A stretch of DNA of 63,317 nt, counting the filler, from Octopus bimaculoides (Eukaryota), in NCBI RefSeq assembly GCF_001194135.2. It is 3 parts of 3 records of this genome, joined end to end, with 100 filler letters (N's around TTAATTAATTAA, not from the genome) between each part and the next. Parts side by side here need not be neighbours in the genome. Positions count along the whole stretch, not along the records: positions 21,255 to 36,310 come from NC_068987.1; positions 36,411 to 63,317 come from NC_068994.1; 1 more part is not named here. One strand, 5' to 3'. Both the position numbers and the translations under genes were made by a program. The notes under the pieces were generated by a model. The model had not been told where the DNA came from, made no database searches, and saw only the letters and a program-made list of their open reading frames with translations. The stretch's first letter is position 1. Each line of letters begins with the position of its first letter. Shown in pieces: positions 26,337 to 37,260 of the stretch.

Positions 26337-26789
26337 GACGTGATTTTTCTGTCTCTCATTCACGTCCAATTAGCGTTCAGAATAATAATTTTTCTATTGT
26401 CTTGGCTTAACAGCCCCCACCGTTTGTTTCCACTGTCTTGTTTTTACTGTCTTGTTCTCACTGTCCTATTCTTGTTAACACTTTCACCCTCCGCAAAAAA
26501 TTCCAAACTTTATTTAATTTGTTTTGCGGGAAGGACTGTTCAAAGGAAGTCGCGCATTGTCCTTGCCTTCGGAACGCGGAGTAGATGGACAGGGACAACT
26601 GATGAAGGGGAATATTCTTTATGTTGCATGTCTCATTTCTCTGTTTGTTTTTTTCGTTGTTCGAAAAAAAGTTCGTTTTCTGTTTTCGTCTTTATGTTTT
26701 CGTTTCTCATTGTGTTTTTTTTTTTGTGATATCCTGTACCCATATATGCATGCATATATACATATAGATGCATGTATACATATAGATGT

Positions 26790-26831
<42 letters not shown>

Positions 26832-26890
26832 NNNNNNNNNNNNNNNNNNNNNNNNNNNNNNNNNNNNNNNNNNNNNNNNNNNNNNNNNNN

Positions 26891-26923
<33 letters not shown>

Positions 26924-26954
26924 GTATATATGCATATATCTATAGGTAGATACA

Positions 26955-27090
26955 TGTATATTCGGTTGAACAAATCGACCCCAGGGCTTTTTCTAAGCAT
27001 AGTACTTATTATACTAGACACTTTTGCCGAAACCGTAAGCTACGGAAACATAAACACTATTACCGGTTATCAAGCCGTGATGGCGGGACA
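26955..27090 (-). mobile_element. SINE family A 3' portion
   Basis: AAATCGACCCCAGG..CTT..TCT..AAGC.TAGTACTTATT is the reverse complement of the family A 3' body. Confidence 0.75.
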
Positions 27091-27192
27091 CACACACACT
27101 CAAAGACACATATATACATACATACATACATACATACATACATACGTACATAAATACATACATATGTACATACAAATGTATATATATATGTG

Positions 27193-27236
<44 letters not shown>

Positions 27237-27730
27237 NNNNNNNNNNNNNNNNNNNNNNNNNNNNNNNNNNNNNNNNNNNNNNNNNNNNNNNNNNNNNNNN
27301 NNNNNNNNNNNNNNNNNNNNNNNNNNNNNNNNNNNNNNNNNNNNNNNNNNNNNNNNNNNNNNNNNNNNNNNNNNNNNNNNNNNNNNNNNNNNNNNNNNNN
27401 NNNNNNNNNNNNNNNNNNNNNNNNNNNNNNNNNNNNNNNNNNNNNNNNNNNNNNNNNNNNNNNNNNNNNNNNNNNNNNNNNNNNNNNNNNNNNNNNNNNN
27501 NNNNNNNNNNNNNNNNNNNNNNNNNNNNNNNNNNNNNNNNNNNNNNNNNNNNNNNNNNNNNNNNNNNNNNNNNNNNNNNNNNNNNNNNNNNNNNNNNNNN
27601 NNNNNNNNNNNNNNNNNNNNNNNNNNNNNNNNNNNNNNNNNNNNNNNNNNNNNNNNNNNNNNNNNNNTATACATCATATATATACATATATATTAATACA
27701 CATCATACGCATGTGCACATGCATACATAC

Positions 27731-27831
<101 letters not shown>

Positions 27832-28049
27832 GTATGTATTTATGTATATGTGTGTGTGTGTGTACATTGAATGGTGGATACAACGCAGAGGCTGTGGTCT
27901 ATGAAACAGGTGGTTTCCAGTAGCGACAGGAACAGCAGTAGTAACGAAAGAAAGGACAAACAAGTACTCCCCCTTTCTCTCTCTCTCTCTCTCTTTCTCT
28001 CTCAGACACAGGATCTTCTGGTGGGATCACAGAAGATCGAAGGGCATCA

Positions 28050-29238
28050 CAGAACTTGTCTGGCCGAACTTGTCCTCTCCCTGAACTGCTTTCCGTTCAC
28101 GGGGCTGTTTTACCAACAAGTCTCGGGAATGGCCATGGAAACGTGAATAGGTCCCAACTATGTAAACCTGTTGGTTGGCTACGCTGTGGCCCAAATATTT
28201 TCAAGATTCACTGGTCCCACTCTCGAACTATAAGGTCGTTATATTGATGACTGTATCGATGCGACCTGGATCTCCCGCGAACAACTAGACTCCTTCATCT
28301 CTTTTGTCCAATCCTTCCATCCTGCCCTCGAATTCTCCTGCACCATTTCCAACACTTCCGTCGCCTTTCTCGACATTTCGGTCAACATACGCAACTCCGA
28401 TCTCACTACGTCCATCTACTACAAACACACCAACTCACACTCATACCTCAACTTCTCCTCCTCCCACCCTACCCGCACTAAACTCTCTATCCCCTAATCC
28501 CAATTCCCCCGTCCGCCCAGGCTCTGCAGTTACAACCTTGATTTTGAGATTCAGTCTCAACTCATGGCTCGCCACTTCATCCTTCGAGGATATCCCCTTG
28601 CCACTATTCACGCAGCCCTAGCAAGAGCACGTTCCGTAGACCATACTTCTGCTCTCTCTCTCTTCACCCACCTCACCGTTGCCTGTCTCCCGTTTCCCCT
28701 CACCTACTACACCTCTACCCTGCCCCTCCAATGCACCATTCTCCTAACCTTCAGACGACTCAAGTCCGACACCTCCACTTTGCACATCTTCCCCAACCTA
28801 CTCCTTCCGTCCTTCAAACAAGCCCACAACCTACGTGACCTCCTGGTCCATAGTTTCTTTCCTAACCCCACCTTCCCACCAGGCTCTTTCTTCTGCTTTC
28901 GCCCACGCTGCCGTACTTGCCCCTACCTCTCCAACGCCATCATCCTTACAGGCACCCATCATCGTCCCTATCATATCACTGACTTCTTTACCTGCACTTC
29001 TAGCAACGTCATTTACTGCATCTCCTGCTCTTTCTACCTTTCTCTGTACATCGATCAAACGGGACGCCGCTTGGCTGACCCTTTCGCAGAGCACCTCCGA
29101 GACATAAGACTCGACAATGACACCCCGGTCTTGCGCCATTTCCGCTCTACTGGTCGTTCATTACAACACCTATATGTGTTCGGACTGTCTTTGCACAGGG
29201 GCCATACGGAAACCCGCCTTAGCCGTGACAGGTATTAA
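28050..29238 (+). pseudogene. Penelope-like RT + GIY-YIG endonuclease ORF remnant
   Basis: LAELVLSLNCF.F.G..YQQVSGMAM(G)T..GPNYVNL (RT motif B), GRYIDDCI (catalytic YIDD), FLDISV, YYKHTNSHSYLNFSSSHP, CFRPRCRTCPY (Cys linker), NVIYCISC...LYIDQTGRRLADPFAEH (GIY-YIG). Several in-frame stops. The Cys-rich linker suggests the Neptune group (inference). Confidence 0.9.
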
Positions 29239-29862
29239 GTTCCTCTCTTCGTTCCTTTGCGTCACATGAGCTCAACTCCCATCCCCTCTTCATCTGACTC
29301 CCCTCCTCTCCACCTACTTCCTCTCTTCACTCCTCTTATTTATTTTTGATCCCCTCAATCTATAAAGGTATCAGATACCATTTGCCAATCACGTTCTTCC
29401 ACCCCACCTCCAGACATCCCACACCCACATACCCAACCCCTAACCCACACCTCCACATTCACCCCCACATCCTCACTCCACCCCCACATCCTCACTTCAA
29501 ACCTACACCCCACCCTCACATCCACACACTCCCACACTACCACACCATACCACACCACATCACACCACCCCACACCACTGCACCCACACTAGCACTTGTC
29601 ACTTCCCAGCATCCACACGCAGACACATTACAGACGCACACATTTACACGTCAAAGTGACCAGCCCCTATCCATACGCACACAGACACACTCTCACATAC
29701 GCACACGCACGCGCACCTTCATTTTGGGATCAGCAGTACTTTATTATCTCCCCTACTTTGTAGCTCTCCTGTCAACTGTCTTTTTCAACCAGTCGCCATG
29801 ATTGACCGCTAAATCCACAAGGTTTTTTTAAAATTAATTCTCTCTGTTTATTTCATCGTTTT

Positions 29863-29899
29863 CCTTTTTGTGAAGAGCGTCGGCTTGAAACGTAAAAGA
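29863..29899 (+). ncRNA. Degenerate family-A hammerhead motif in the PLE terminal repeat
   Basis: CCUUU-UUGUGA-A-GAGC(GUCG)GCUU-GAAA-CG-UA/AAAGA. The core has lost a base relative to 110-146, so this copy is probably inactive. Confidence 0.5.
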
Positions 29900-31753
29900 C
29901 TTTCTCACCTTCCTGAGCATCAAACTAATACACCTGCTTGTTTATACACCTCTCTCTATCTTTTATTTTTCTGTAAATTTTAACTATATATATATATATA
30001 TATATATACATAAGAACATAATATGTACATTATATGATATAATTTGTATATACACACACCTATATACGCTTAATCGCATACACGCACAAAAGAGGAAACA
30101 TGAAGGAGAAAAAAAAGAAAGAACTAAAACTTTCATAAAATAAGATTTTTTTTAAAATGCTACTCCATATAATTGCACGCAAAATTAAATATAATAGTTC
30201 TGTTGAAATGTGAATTAGATTTCTTCCTATGAGATTTCGTAAACGTTTGAAATTAATATCCAATGTTTTTCAACAACTTGAAGCAAATATTTCTTTTGTT
30301 GTATCTCATTTACATTGACAATTGAACAAGTTTTATTATTACTTATTTTCCCTTTCTTTTCATTTCTTTTGTTTTTTTTAATTATTGCTTTTGCACGATG
30401 AGGTCATGAACGAGTTTTGTTCGTAGAAACATTTCATTTATTTTCATATAATTATGGTATTTCACGTCGTTTCTACTACAGTAATTTATGCGTGTTTCAG
30501 CTAAGTTTTCTAACATTAAAAGTCAATAACGATTTCCTATACTATAAAGTCAATAACTTTTGGCATATATTTTCATCACGAATGTGGCAATTTGGCATCG
30601 TATGCGTTCAAAGAATTTTAGTTTTAATTTTAGATATATAACAATGTTTTAAATCTCACTTTCTTTTCTAACATGGAAGTAGAAACTAGCTTGATATAAG
30701 TTACCAGAGACAAATACAAAACCTCAATAGCTTATTTGTATCAACGATTTCCTCAATTTTCTCCAATTAATTCAACCTGTTACTCACTGGCACCAGATTT
30801 CTACAAGTCTTGACATGTATTTGACGGCATTTATTTCTAATGTACAGGAATGTTTGTACAGTAGGTGGTATTGGTGGTGGTAATGGGAGTTCTTGATGTT
30901 ACCAATACCTAGTACTTCACCGTCACAGATAGAACGTCACATCGCAAACAGAGAGGTGAACTAAGTCATCTCCTGAACGATAGATGAGTTAATTTCATAA
31001 TAATGCTGCAGCTTTCACAAATCACCTATAGTACCCTAGAGGATGAAGTGAGCAGTTAAAATTAACTGTCAAAATGCAGGCGTTTGTGTCTGTGTGTGAG
31101 CGTATGTGTGTAGCAGCAGTGGACATGTACGTGTTGCCGTATTTTATTAAAATATATTGATTACTCTGCCGTATAACATCGAATTCTCTAACGTAAGTCG
31201 AGATTTTCAACAAGCAATAATACTCAACACGTAATATATGCATGCATAAATGTATATATGCATGTTTGCCTGCATTTATGTACACACATATATGACATAT
31301 AGGGATTATTCCAGTGAAATTCAACAAGCGTCTGTCGCGAACGTTCTTCGATTTTCTTCTAATTTAAACAACCTGTGATTCATTTTGTTTACCACTATTT
31401 AATGTTATTTTTGACGTTTTACTAGTTTTATAAAATTTTCTTCAGAAAACAAATGTGCTGTACCATCACCTTTCAATATGGGACTAGTAGAATCTTTTTT
31501 TTTGTTTTCTATCCCTTCAATCTATAAAGGTATGAGACTCCATTTTCTAATCACGTTCTTGTTCTATAATCAAGAGGACAATGGCCAAAGATTTTCAGGT
31601 TTTAATCTTTTTCTCATTATCGGACATTGATTTTTGTGGCTTTAAACAACACCCCAAAATAGGAATTTTGATTCGGAGCCATTTTCATGAGATGATAATT
31701 GATACATACACACGCACACAGCTCTCCCTTCCGCAAAGTGTTTAACTATCTAA

Positions 31754-31790
31754 TATGCTGAAAAAGATCTTAAGATCGAAACGTCAAGCA
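31754..31790 (+). ncRNA. Degenerate hammerhead-like motif, family D
   Basis: AUG-CUGAAAA-A-GAUC(UUAA)GAUC-GAAA-CG-UC/AAGCA: perfect helix II and GAAACGUC as in the other families; G8 mutated and the helix I 5' strand apparently shortened. Confidence 0.4.
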
Positions 31791-31848
31791 GACTTTTAAC
31801 TTCCTTTCTCTGTTTGAGAAAGGAAGTTAAAAGTCTGCTTGACGTTTC
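31778..31848. repeat. Perfect 33-bp inverted repeat with 5-nt loop
   Basis: GAAACGTCAAGCAGACTTTTAACTTCCTTTCTC-TGTTT-GAGAAAGGAAGTTAAAAGTCTGCTTGACGTTTC. Confidence 0.95.
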
Positions 31849-31913
31849 TTATTCTATATTATTCTAGTATTTAATTTTGAGCCTACACACTGATGCACAC
31901 ATCTTTCGCTGTC

Positions 31914-31948
<35 letters not shown>

Positions 31949-32961
31949 ACGTGGGTGGGGGTGTCTAAGTGTGTTATCTAATTTTCAAATTAAACAAATC
32001 TCCCTACTTAAGTATTTCTAATTAGAATTTCGATGCTCACTAGATTAAATACGTTAACATTAATTTAACTATTGAAAATGATCAACTTCAATCAAGTTTC
32101 ATAATTAAATATACATACATATATATGTGTGTGTATCTCTGTGTGTTTGTGTGTGTGTGCCTATGTGTGTGTGTGTGTGTATGTATATATGTATGCATAT
32201 ATATACATATATATATATTCGTAATTAAATATATATATAGTCGTAATTAAATATATATTTACATATATATAAAATTATGTATTCTTTTTCTTTCTTTACT
32301 GATTTCAGTGCGTTTGGGCGGCGTCCATGATGATGCATCACTTTGAAGTGTTTATGTGATTATGTCCCTCTCAGTAGTACTTATTTCTATGTCTGATACT
32401 TTGTTATTAACCCGTACTTATAGAACTACAAAAATGACACCAGTTCTTTTAGTGGTATAAAGGTAAATACATTATATTTGAAGGCGATAGTTTAACAAAT
32501 CTTCCATATCACCCTTCTTATGAAGTAATATAGTATTCGACACCTTCCAGTGTCAATTGTAACTTAGAATGAGGATTTNNNNNNNNNNNNNNNNNNNNNN
32601 NNNNNNNNNNNNNNNNNNNNNNNNNNNNNNNNNNNNNNNNNNNNNNNNNNNNNNNNNNNNNNNNNNNNNNNNNNNNNNNNNNNNNNNNNNNNNNNNNNNN
32701 NNNNNNNNNNNNNNNNNNNNNNNNNNNNNNNNNNNNNNNNNNNNNNNNNNNNNNNNNNNNNNNNNNNNNNNNNNNNNNNNNNNNNNNNNNNNNNNNNNNN
32801 NNNNNNNNNNNNNNNNNNNNNNNNNNNNNNNNNNNNNNNNNNNNNNNNNNNNNNNNNNNNNNNNNNNNNNNNNNNNNNNNNNNNNNNNNNNNNNNNNNNN
32901 NNNNNNNNNNNNNNNNNNNNNNNNNNNNNNNNNNNNNNNNNNTTCCGATCTATATACACAT

Positions 32962-33040
32962 GATATGATATGATGTGATGTGATATGATATGATATGATA
33001 TGACATGATATAATGTGATATGATATGATATGATATATGA
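32962..33040. repeat. (GATAT)n pentanucleotide repeat
   Basis: Direct reading. Confidence 0.92.
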
Positions 33041-33139
33041 TGATGGTAGCCTCTTGTAGTCCGAGAAAACCGCTTCTACAATTTCTTGCTAAACAAGGTG
33101 TACAAATGGTTTGTATATAGCAGTCAAATGTATGTGCTG

Positions 33140-33335
33140 TACATTAGCGCATTCCCTACACCAAATCGATGTTGGCTGAACAAGTTCACAGTGTATCACA
33201 TATCTGATGTCGAACGGATCACAGAGCAACGTGAGATGAAGTTCTTTGTTAAAGAACACAACGCCAAACCCAGTCCAGGAACTGAAACCAGGATCTCACG
33301 ATCGTGAGTACAATACTCTAAGCACTCGGCCACGC
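33140..33335 (-). mobile_element. SINE family C copy
   Basis: ATCACAGAGCAACGTGAGATGAA...AAGAACACAAC is the reverse complement of the 4042-4322 body. Confidence 0.75.
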
Positions 33336-33739
33336 ACGCTAATACATACATACATACATACACATACACACACTCAGACACACACATACACACACACATA
33401 CACGCATACATGTAAAACACAATGCAGAAATTGTAATCTCCAACGTTTCAAGCATATAATTCAGAAAAGAAATTTCGATATAAATCATCTATAAAAACGG
33501 AGAACATAGGAATGATGAAAAAAAAAAAAAAAAAAAAAANNNNNNNNNNNNNNNNNNNNNNNNNNNNNNNNNNNNNNNNNNNNNNNNNNNNNNNNNNNNN
33601 NNNNNNNNNNNNNNNNNNNNNNNNNNNNNNNNNNNNNNNNNNNNNNNNNNNNNNNNNNNNNNNNNNNNNNNNNNNNNNNNNNNNNNNNNNNNNNNNNNNN
33701 NNNNNNNNNNNNNNNNNNNNNNNNNNNNNNNNNNNNNNN

Positions 33740-33780
<41 letters not shown>

Positions 33781-34165
33781 ATGTGAAATTGAAATCGAAT
33801 TGATAACATATTCCAGGAATAATTGATTTAGGAAAAATCTATATAGAGCAAAATCCCATCAAAAAACTTGAAATCGGATTTTATTCAAAACCTATCCAAT
33901 TTTACCAAATTCCAAATATGGGTTTGCTTGAAGAAGTAGATATTTTGGGTGGCGATATGAAGGTAAATATGTGAGAACACTATCAGATGCGACAAAAATT
34001 TTCGAATTTTCAATCAATGTAAAGTACCAAAATTCGGCATAAAAATTTCGTACCTATGTTTTAAATGAAATCTTTGGTATGCCAATGATTATTTTAACAT
34101 ATTTTCAAATCTTTTTGTAAATTCTGTTCATAATATTTTACAGTTCTATATTTAAGAGATGAGGA

Positions 34166-34360
34166 ATTATTTACATTATTTACATTATTTACATTTGACT
34201 AATAATAGTAACATCTATAGGAATGAGAACCCAGGTTCGAAATTTCCCCAAGACACCTGACGAAAGCTGGAGGGTATATCAGCCGAAACGTTGTGTTAAC
34301 AACAAACAAGATGAGGACAAATATCCGTCAAATGTAAATAATGTAAATAATGTAACATAA
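34166..34360 (+). mobile_element. Hammerhead-bearing mini-element with inverted ends (PLE pLTR-like, family B)
   Basis: Perfect 29-bp inverted repeat TTACATTATTTACATTATTTACATTTGAC at 34171-34199 and 34327-34355 encloses the hammerhead motif. Confidence 0.65.
34252..34297 (+). ncRNA. Minimal type I hammerhead ribozyme motif, family B
   Basis: GACAC-CUGACGA-A-AGCUG(GAGGGUAUAU)CAGCC-GAAA-CG-UU/GUGUU: canonical core, palindromic AACGUU helix III, helix I of 4 WC pairs plus G.U. The first helix II pair is an A.C mismatch in this copy. Predicted cut after 34292. Confidence 0.62.
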
Positions 34361-34792
34361 TATTTTAGTTTATAAAATCACAACTCTAAGTTAAAATTTC
34401 AATTTCATGTTCCGTGATATGCAGTTTACTTTCGATTTTCGTTTCATAGTTTTGTTTATAGTTAGACACTCAAGAATGAGAAGTCGGGAGCTTTTTGCAG
34501 CTTACTGTAGTAACACTAGTAAATTAATTCTCAGTGTTTTTTTCCCTATCCCCTGAAAAACTTTCAAATATGATTTTAAAAATCACAAATGGATTTGCTT
34601 ACAGAAGCAGACTTCTGATTGCAGTTTCCAGTGTAAATGAATGTGAATGCGTGTTCTATATCCCTCGTAAATAATTACTTATAAGTAAGTGAAGTTAAAT
34701 CCAGAATACATTTACACTCTCTATAGTTATTTTGCGGAAACCACTTGGTTTCTAATATATTTTATTCACTTTAGTAAAATTTATAAAGAATA

Positions 34793-34969
34793 GGTGCAGG
34801 TGTGGCTGTGTGGTAAGAAGTTTGTTTCACAACTCCATGGCTCCCATTTCAGTATCGCTGCGTAGCAACTTCGATGGATGTCCTCTATTAGAGATCCAAG
34901 CCAACTAAAGCATTGAGAGTGGATTTGGTAGACGGAAACTAAAGATCCAGTCGTATGTGTGTGTGCATG

Positions 34970-35002
<33 letters not shown>

Positions 35003-35184
35003 NNNNNNNNNNNNNNNNNNNNNNNNNNNNNNNNNNNNNNNNNNNNNNNNNNNNNNNNNNNNNNNNNNNNNNNNNNNNNNNNNNNNNNNNNNNNNNNNNN
35101 NNNNNNNNNNNNNNNNNNNNNNNNNNNNNNNNNNNNNNNNNNNNNNNNNNNNNNNNNNNNNNNNNNNNNNNNNNNNNNNNNNNN

Positions 35185-35245
<61 letters not shown>

Positions 35246-35432
35246 ATGTTTGAGCTTGTCCACCAGCAGCGCTGGACACCGGTTTTGGTTTGTTTATGTC
35301 TCTGAAACTTAGCGATTCGACAACGAGAACCAGGCTTTAAAAAGAATAAGTTGCGGGATAGGTTTGTTCGACTAAACACGTCAAGGCAGTGTTGCAGCAT
35401 GGCCGCAGTCCGATGACTGAAACATGTAAAAG
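34793..35432 (+). mobile_element. SINE family A copy spanning an N gap in its internal microsatellite
   Basis: Head GGTGCAGGTGTGGCTGTGTGGTAAG, core, (TA)/(TG) gap, 3' body to CAGCATGGCCGCAGTC..ACTGAAACATGTAAAAGA. Confidence 0.82.
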
Positions 35433-36170
35433 AAAAAAAAATTAAAGTTATTTTACGAAAATTATTTTTTAGAATATATTTTTAATGCTATTGTAAATTT
35501 TATTAATAATTCTATAGTTAAATAATCACAAGTGCAAGTGCGAATTTTAATTCAAATTCTCGGAGTACTTTCTTTAATATCTTTTTCTGAAATTTGATTT
35601 ACACCTAGACTGACTTGTGGCTTTCAGTTGTATATCATAGATGTTCAAGGGACACAGCCGATACTCGTTAAACACAGCAGCAAATTAGTTTTTAGTTCTT
35701 TTTCGCTACCACTGGAAATGTTTTGAATCCGATTTAAACCATGAATAATGGATTTGCGTGAAGAAATAGATATTTACGAAGCTATCAAATTTCTGCTTAA
35801 GTTTTTTTTATCAGATACGAAAACAGACTAGTCTTTAGGCAGCATTAGCGCTGAAATCCGGCATATAAATTCTCTAAAGACACATAAGACAAATGATATA
35901 TGTGTGTATGCTGTGTGCGTGTTATTGTGCATGTGTACGTGTGTAGAAGGGCTGCACAAGGACAAGCACCTAAATAATCAAAATATACAAATATACAAAG
36001 CTCAATGTGACAGCCTTATACGCGATCTTTAAGATAACGCGTTCACACGTGTACACAAGCGCCTGCACACACACACACACACAGATGCATATACACATGC
36101 GTTTGCGTGCATGAATATGTTTATATGAACGTATTATATATATATGTAAAAATATGTGACACTTATTAGG

Positions 36171-36244
36171 TAGCCATGATAAAACTCCGAGTTTCGGATG
36201 CCGGGGTGGAAGCCCACGCCAACATCTCTTCAGTTATCCGGCCA
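36171..36244 (-). ncRNA. Type I hammerhead ribozyme motif, family C (intact canonical core)
   Basis: Minus strand: UGGCCG-GAUAA-CUGAAGA-GAUGUUGG..GUGG(GCUU)CCAC..CCGGCAUC-C-GAAA-CUC(G)GAG-UU/UUAUC-A-UGGCUA. Helix I GAUAA/UUAUC continues past a bulged A for about 6 more pairs; long helix II; palindromic helix III; GUU triplet, predicted cut between 36183 and 36182. Confidence 0.72.
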
Positions 36245-36310
36245 GGAATTTTCAATGGCCGGATAACTGAAGAGATGTTGGCGTGGGCTTCCACCCCGGC
36301 ATCCGAAACT
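36190..36310. repeat. Perfect 55-bp inverted repeat (11-nt loop) duplicating the hammerhead
   Basis: 36190-36244 is the exact reverse complement of 36256-36310; the second arm runs into the gap at GAAACT. Confidence 0.95.
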
Positions 36311-36410
36311 NNNNNNNNNNNNNNNNNNNNNNNNNNNNNNNNNNNNNNNNNNNNTTAATTAATTAANNNNNNNNNNNNNNNNNNNNNNNNNNNNNNNNNN
36401 NNNNNNNNNN
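36311..36410. other. Artificial scaffold join (44N-TTAATTAATTAA-44N)
   Basis: Same 100-bp linker as 21155-21254. Confidence 0.9.
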
Positions 36411-36427
36411 TATATATATATATATAT

Positions 36428-36463
<36 letters not shown>

Positions 36464-36655
36464 GTTTAACGTCCGCTTTCCATGCTAGCATGGGTTGGAC
36501 GATTTGACTGAGGACTGGTGAAACCGGATGGCAACACCAGGCCCCAGTCTAATTTGGCAGAGTTTCTACAGCTGGATGCCCTTCCTAACGCCAACCACTC
36601 AGAGAGTGTAGTGGGTGCTTTTACGTGTCACCCGCACGAAAATGGCCACGCTCGA
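36428..36655 (-). mobile_element. SINE family D 3' part with (ATG)n tail
   Basis: Reverse complement matches 61760-61917 (GCACCCACTACACTCT..GAGTGGTTGGCGTTAGGAAGGGCATCCAGCTGTAGAAACTCTGCCA...CCAACCCATGCTAGCATGGAAAGCGGA); (CAT)n tract. Confidence 0.85.
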
Positions 36656-36671
36656 GATATATATATGTATA

Positions 36672-36832
36672 TTCTTTTACTTGTTTCAGTCATTTGACTG
36701 TGGCCATGCTGGAGCACCACCTTTGGTCGAGCAAACCGACCCCAGGGCTTATTCTTTGTATGCCTAGTACTTATTCTATCGGCCTCTTTTGCCGCTAGGT
36801 AATGGGGGAGTAAACACACCAGCATCGGTTGT
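36672..36832 (-). mobile_element. SINE family A 3' half
   Basis: TTTTACTTGTTTCAGTCATTTGACTGTGGCCATGCTGG...ACACCAGCATCGGTTGTC is the reverse complement of the family A 3' body. Confidence 0.85.
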
Positions 36833-36840
36833 CATATATG

Positions 36841-36892
<52 letters not shown>

Positions 36893-36915
36893 AGAGGCAA
36901 TATATATAAGTATCC

Positions 36916-37143
36916 CAGAGGCACAGTCAGTGCGAGACCTGGGCATTTACATGAGTAATGATCCATCCTTTTATGTGCATGTTGCTAAATTAGCAATGAA
37001 ATGTAGGCGGCTGACCGGATGGATTATTAGAACTTTTAGAACAAAGAGATCAGGAAACCATGACGGTTCTCTGGAGGACACTTGTCCTAAGCCACTTTAA
37101 CTATTGCTCTCAGCTATGGTCACCAACCAGTGTCAAATTAATC
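36916..37143 (+). mobile_element. CR1/Jockey-group LINE fragment (post-RT region)
   Basis: SVRDLGIYMSNDPSFYVHV...GWIIRTFRT then, after a frameshift, MTVLWRTLVLSHFNYCSQLWSP; matches the DLG..S..L.F..H...G.I.RTF...LEYC..WSP motif set. Confidence 0.75.
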
Positions 37144-37243
37144 TCCCTCTCCACACCAAATTCATTTTTTCTTGGTAATCCATGGAGAAAAAACAGAGTA
37201 CGAATCTTTAAGAATTTTATTCATCACCTTACCACTTTCAAAA

Positions 37244-37260
37244 GGCTACAACTCCCAATG
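37244..37260 (+). promoter_or_regulatory. Candidate housekeeping-promoter motif (ACTACAnnTCCCA-like)
   Basis: GGCTACAACTCCCAATG differs by one base from ACTACAAYTCCCA (ZNF143/THAP11-associated vertebrate promoter motif) and lies where CpG depletion begins. Function in this species is inferred only. Confidence 0.3.

Larger units (their letters stand above)
28005..29990 (+). mobile_element. 5'-truncated Penelope-like element with 3' terminal repeat
   Basis: RT and GIY-YIG remnants (28050-29238), a C/A-rich spacer, then a roughly 200-bp terminal repeat (29790-29990) also found solo at 40-200 and 1393-1569; ends in (TA)n. Confidence 0.88.

Noticed and set aside
33435-33472. Minus-strand TCTTTT-CTGAATTA-TATGCTT-GAAACGTT-GGAGA as another hammerhead
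   Set aside because: G8 and the 5' strand of helix II are missing; could be a decayed copy but cannot be supported alone.
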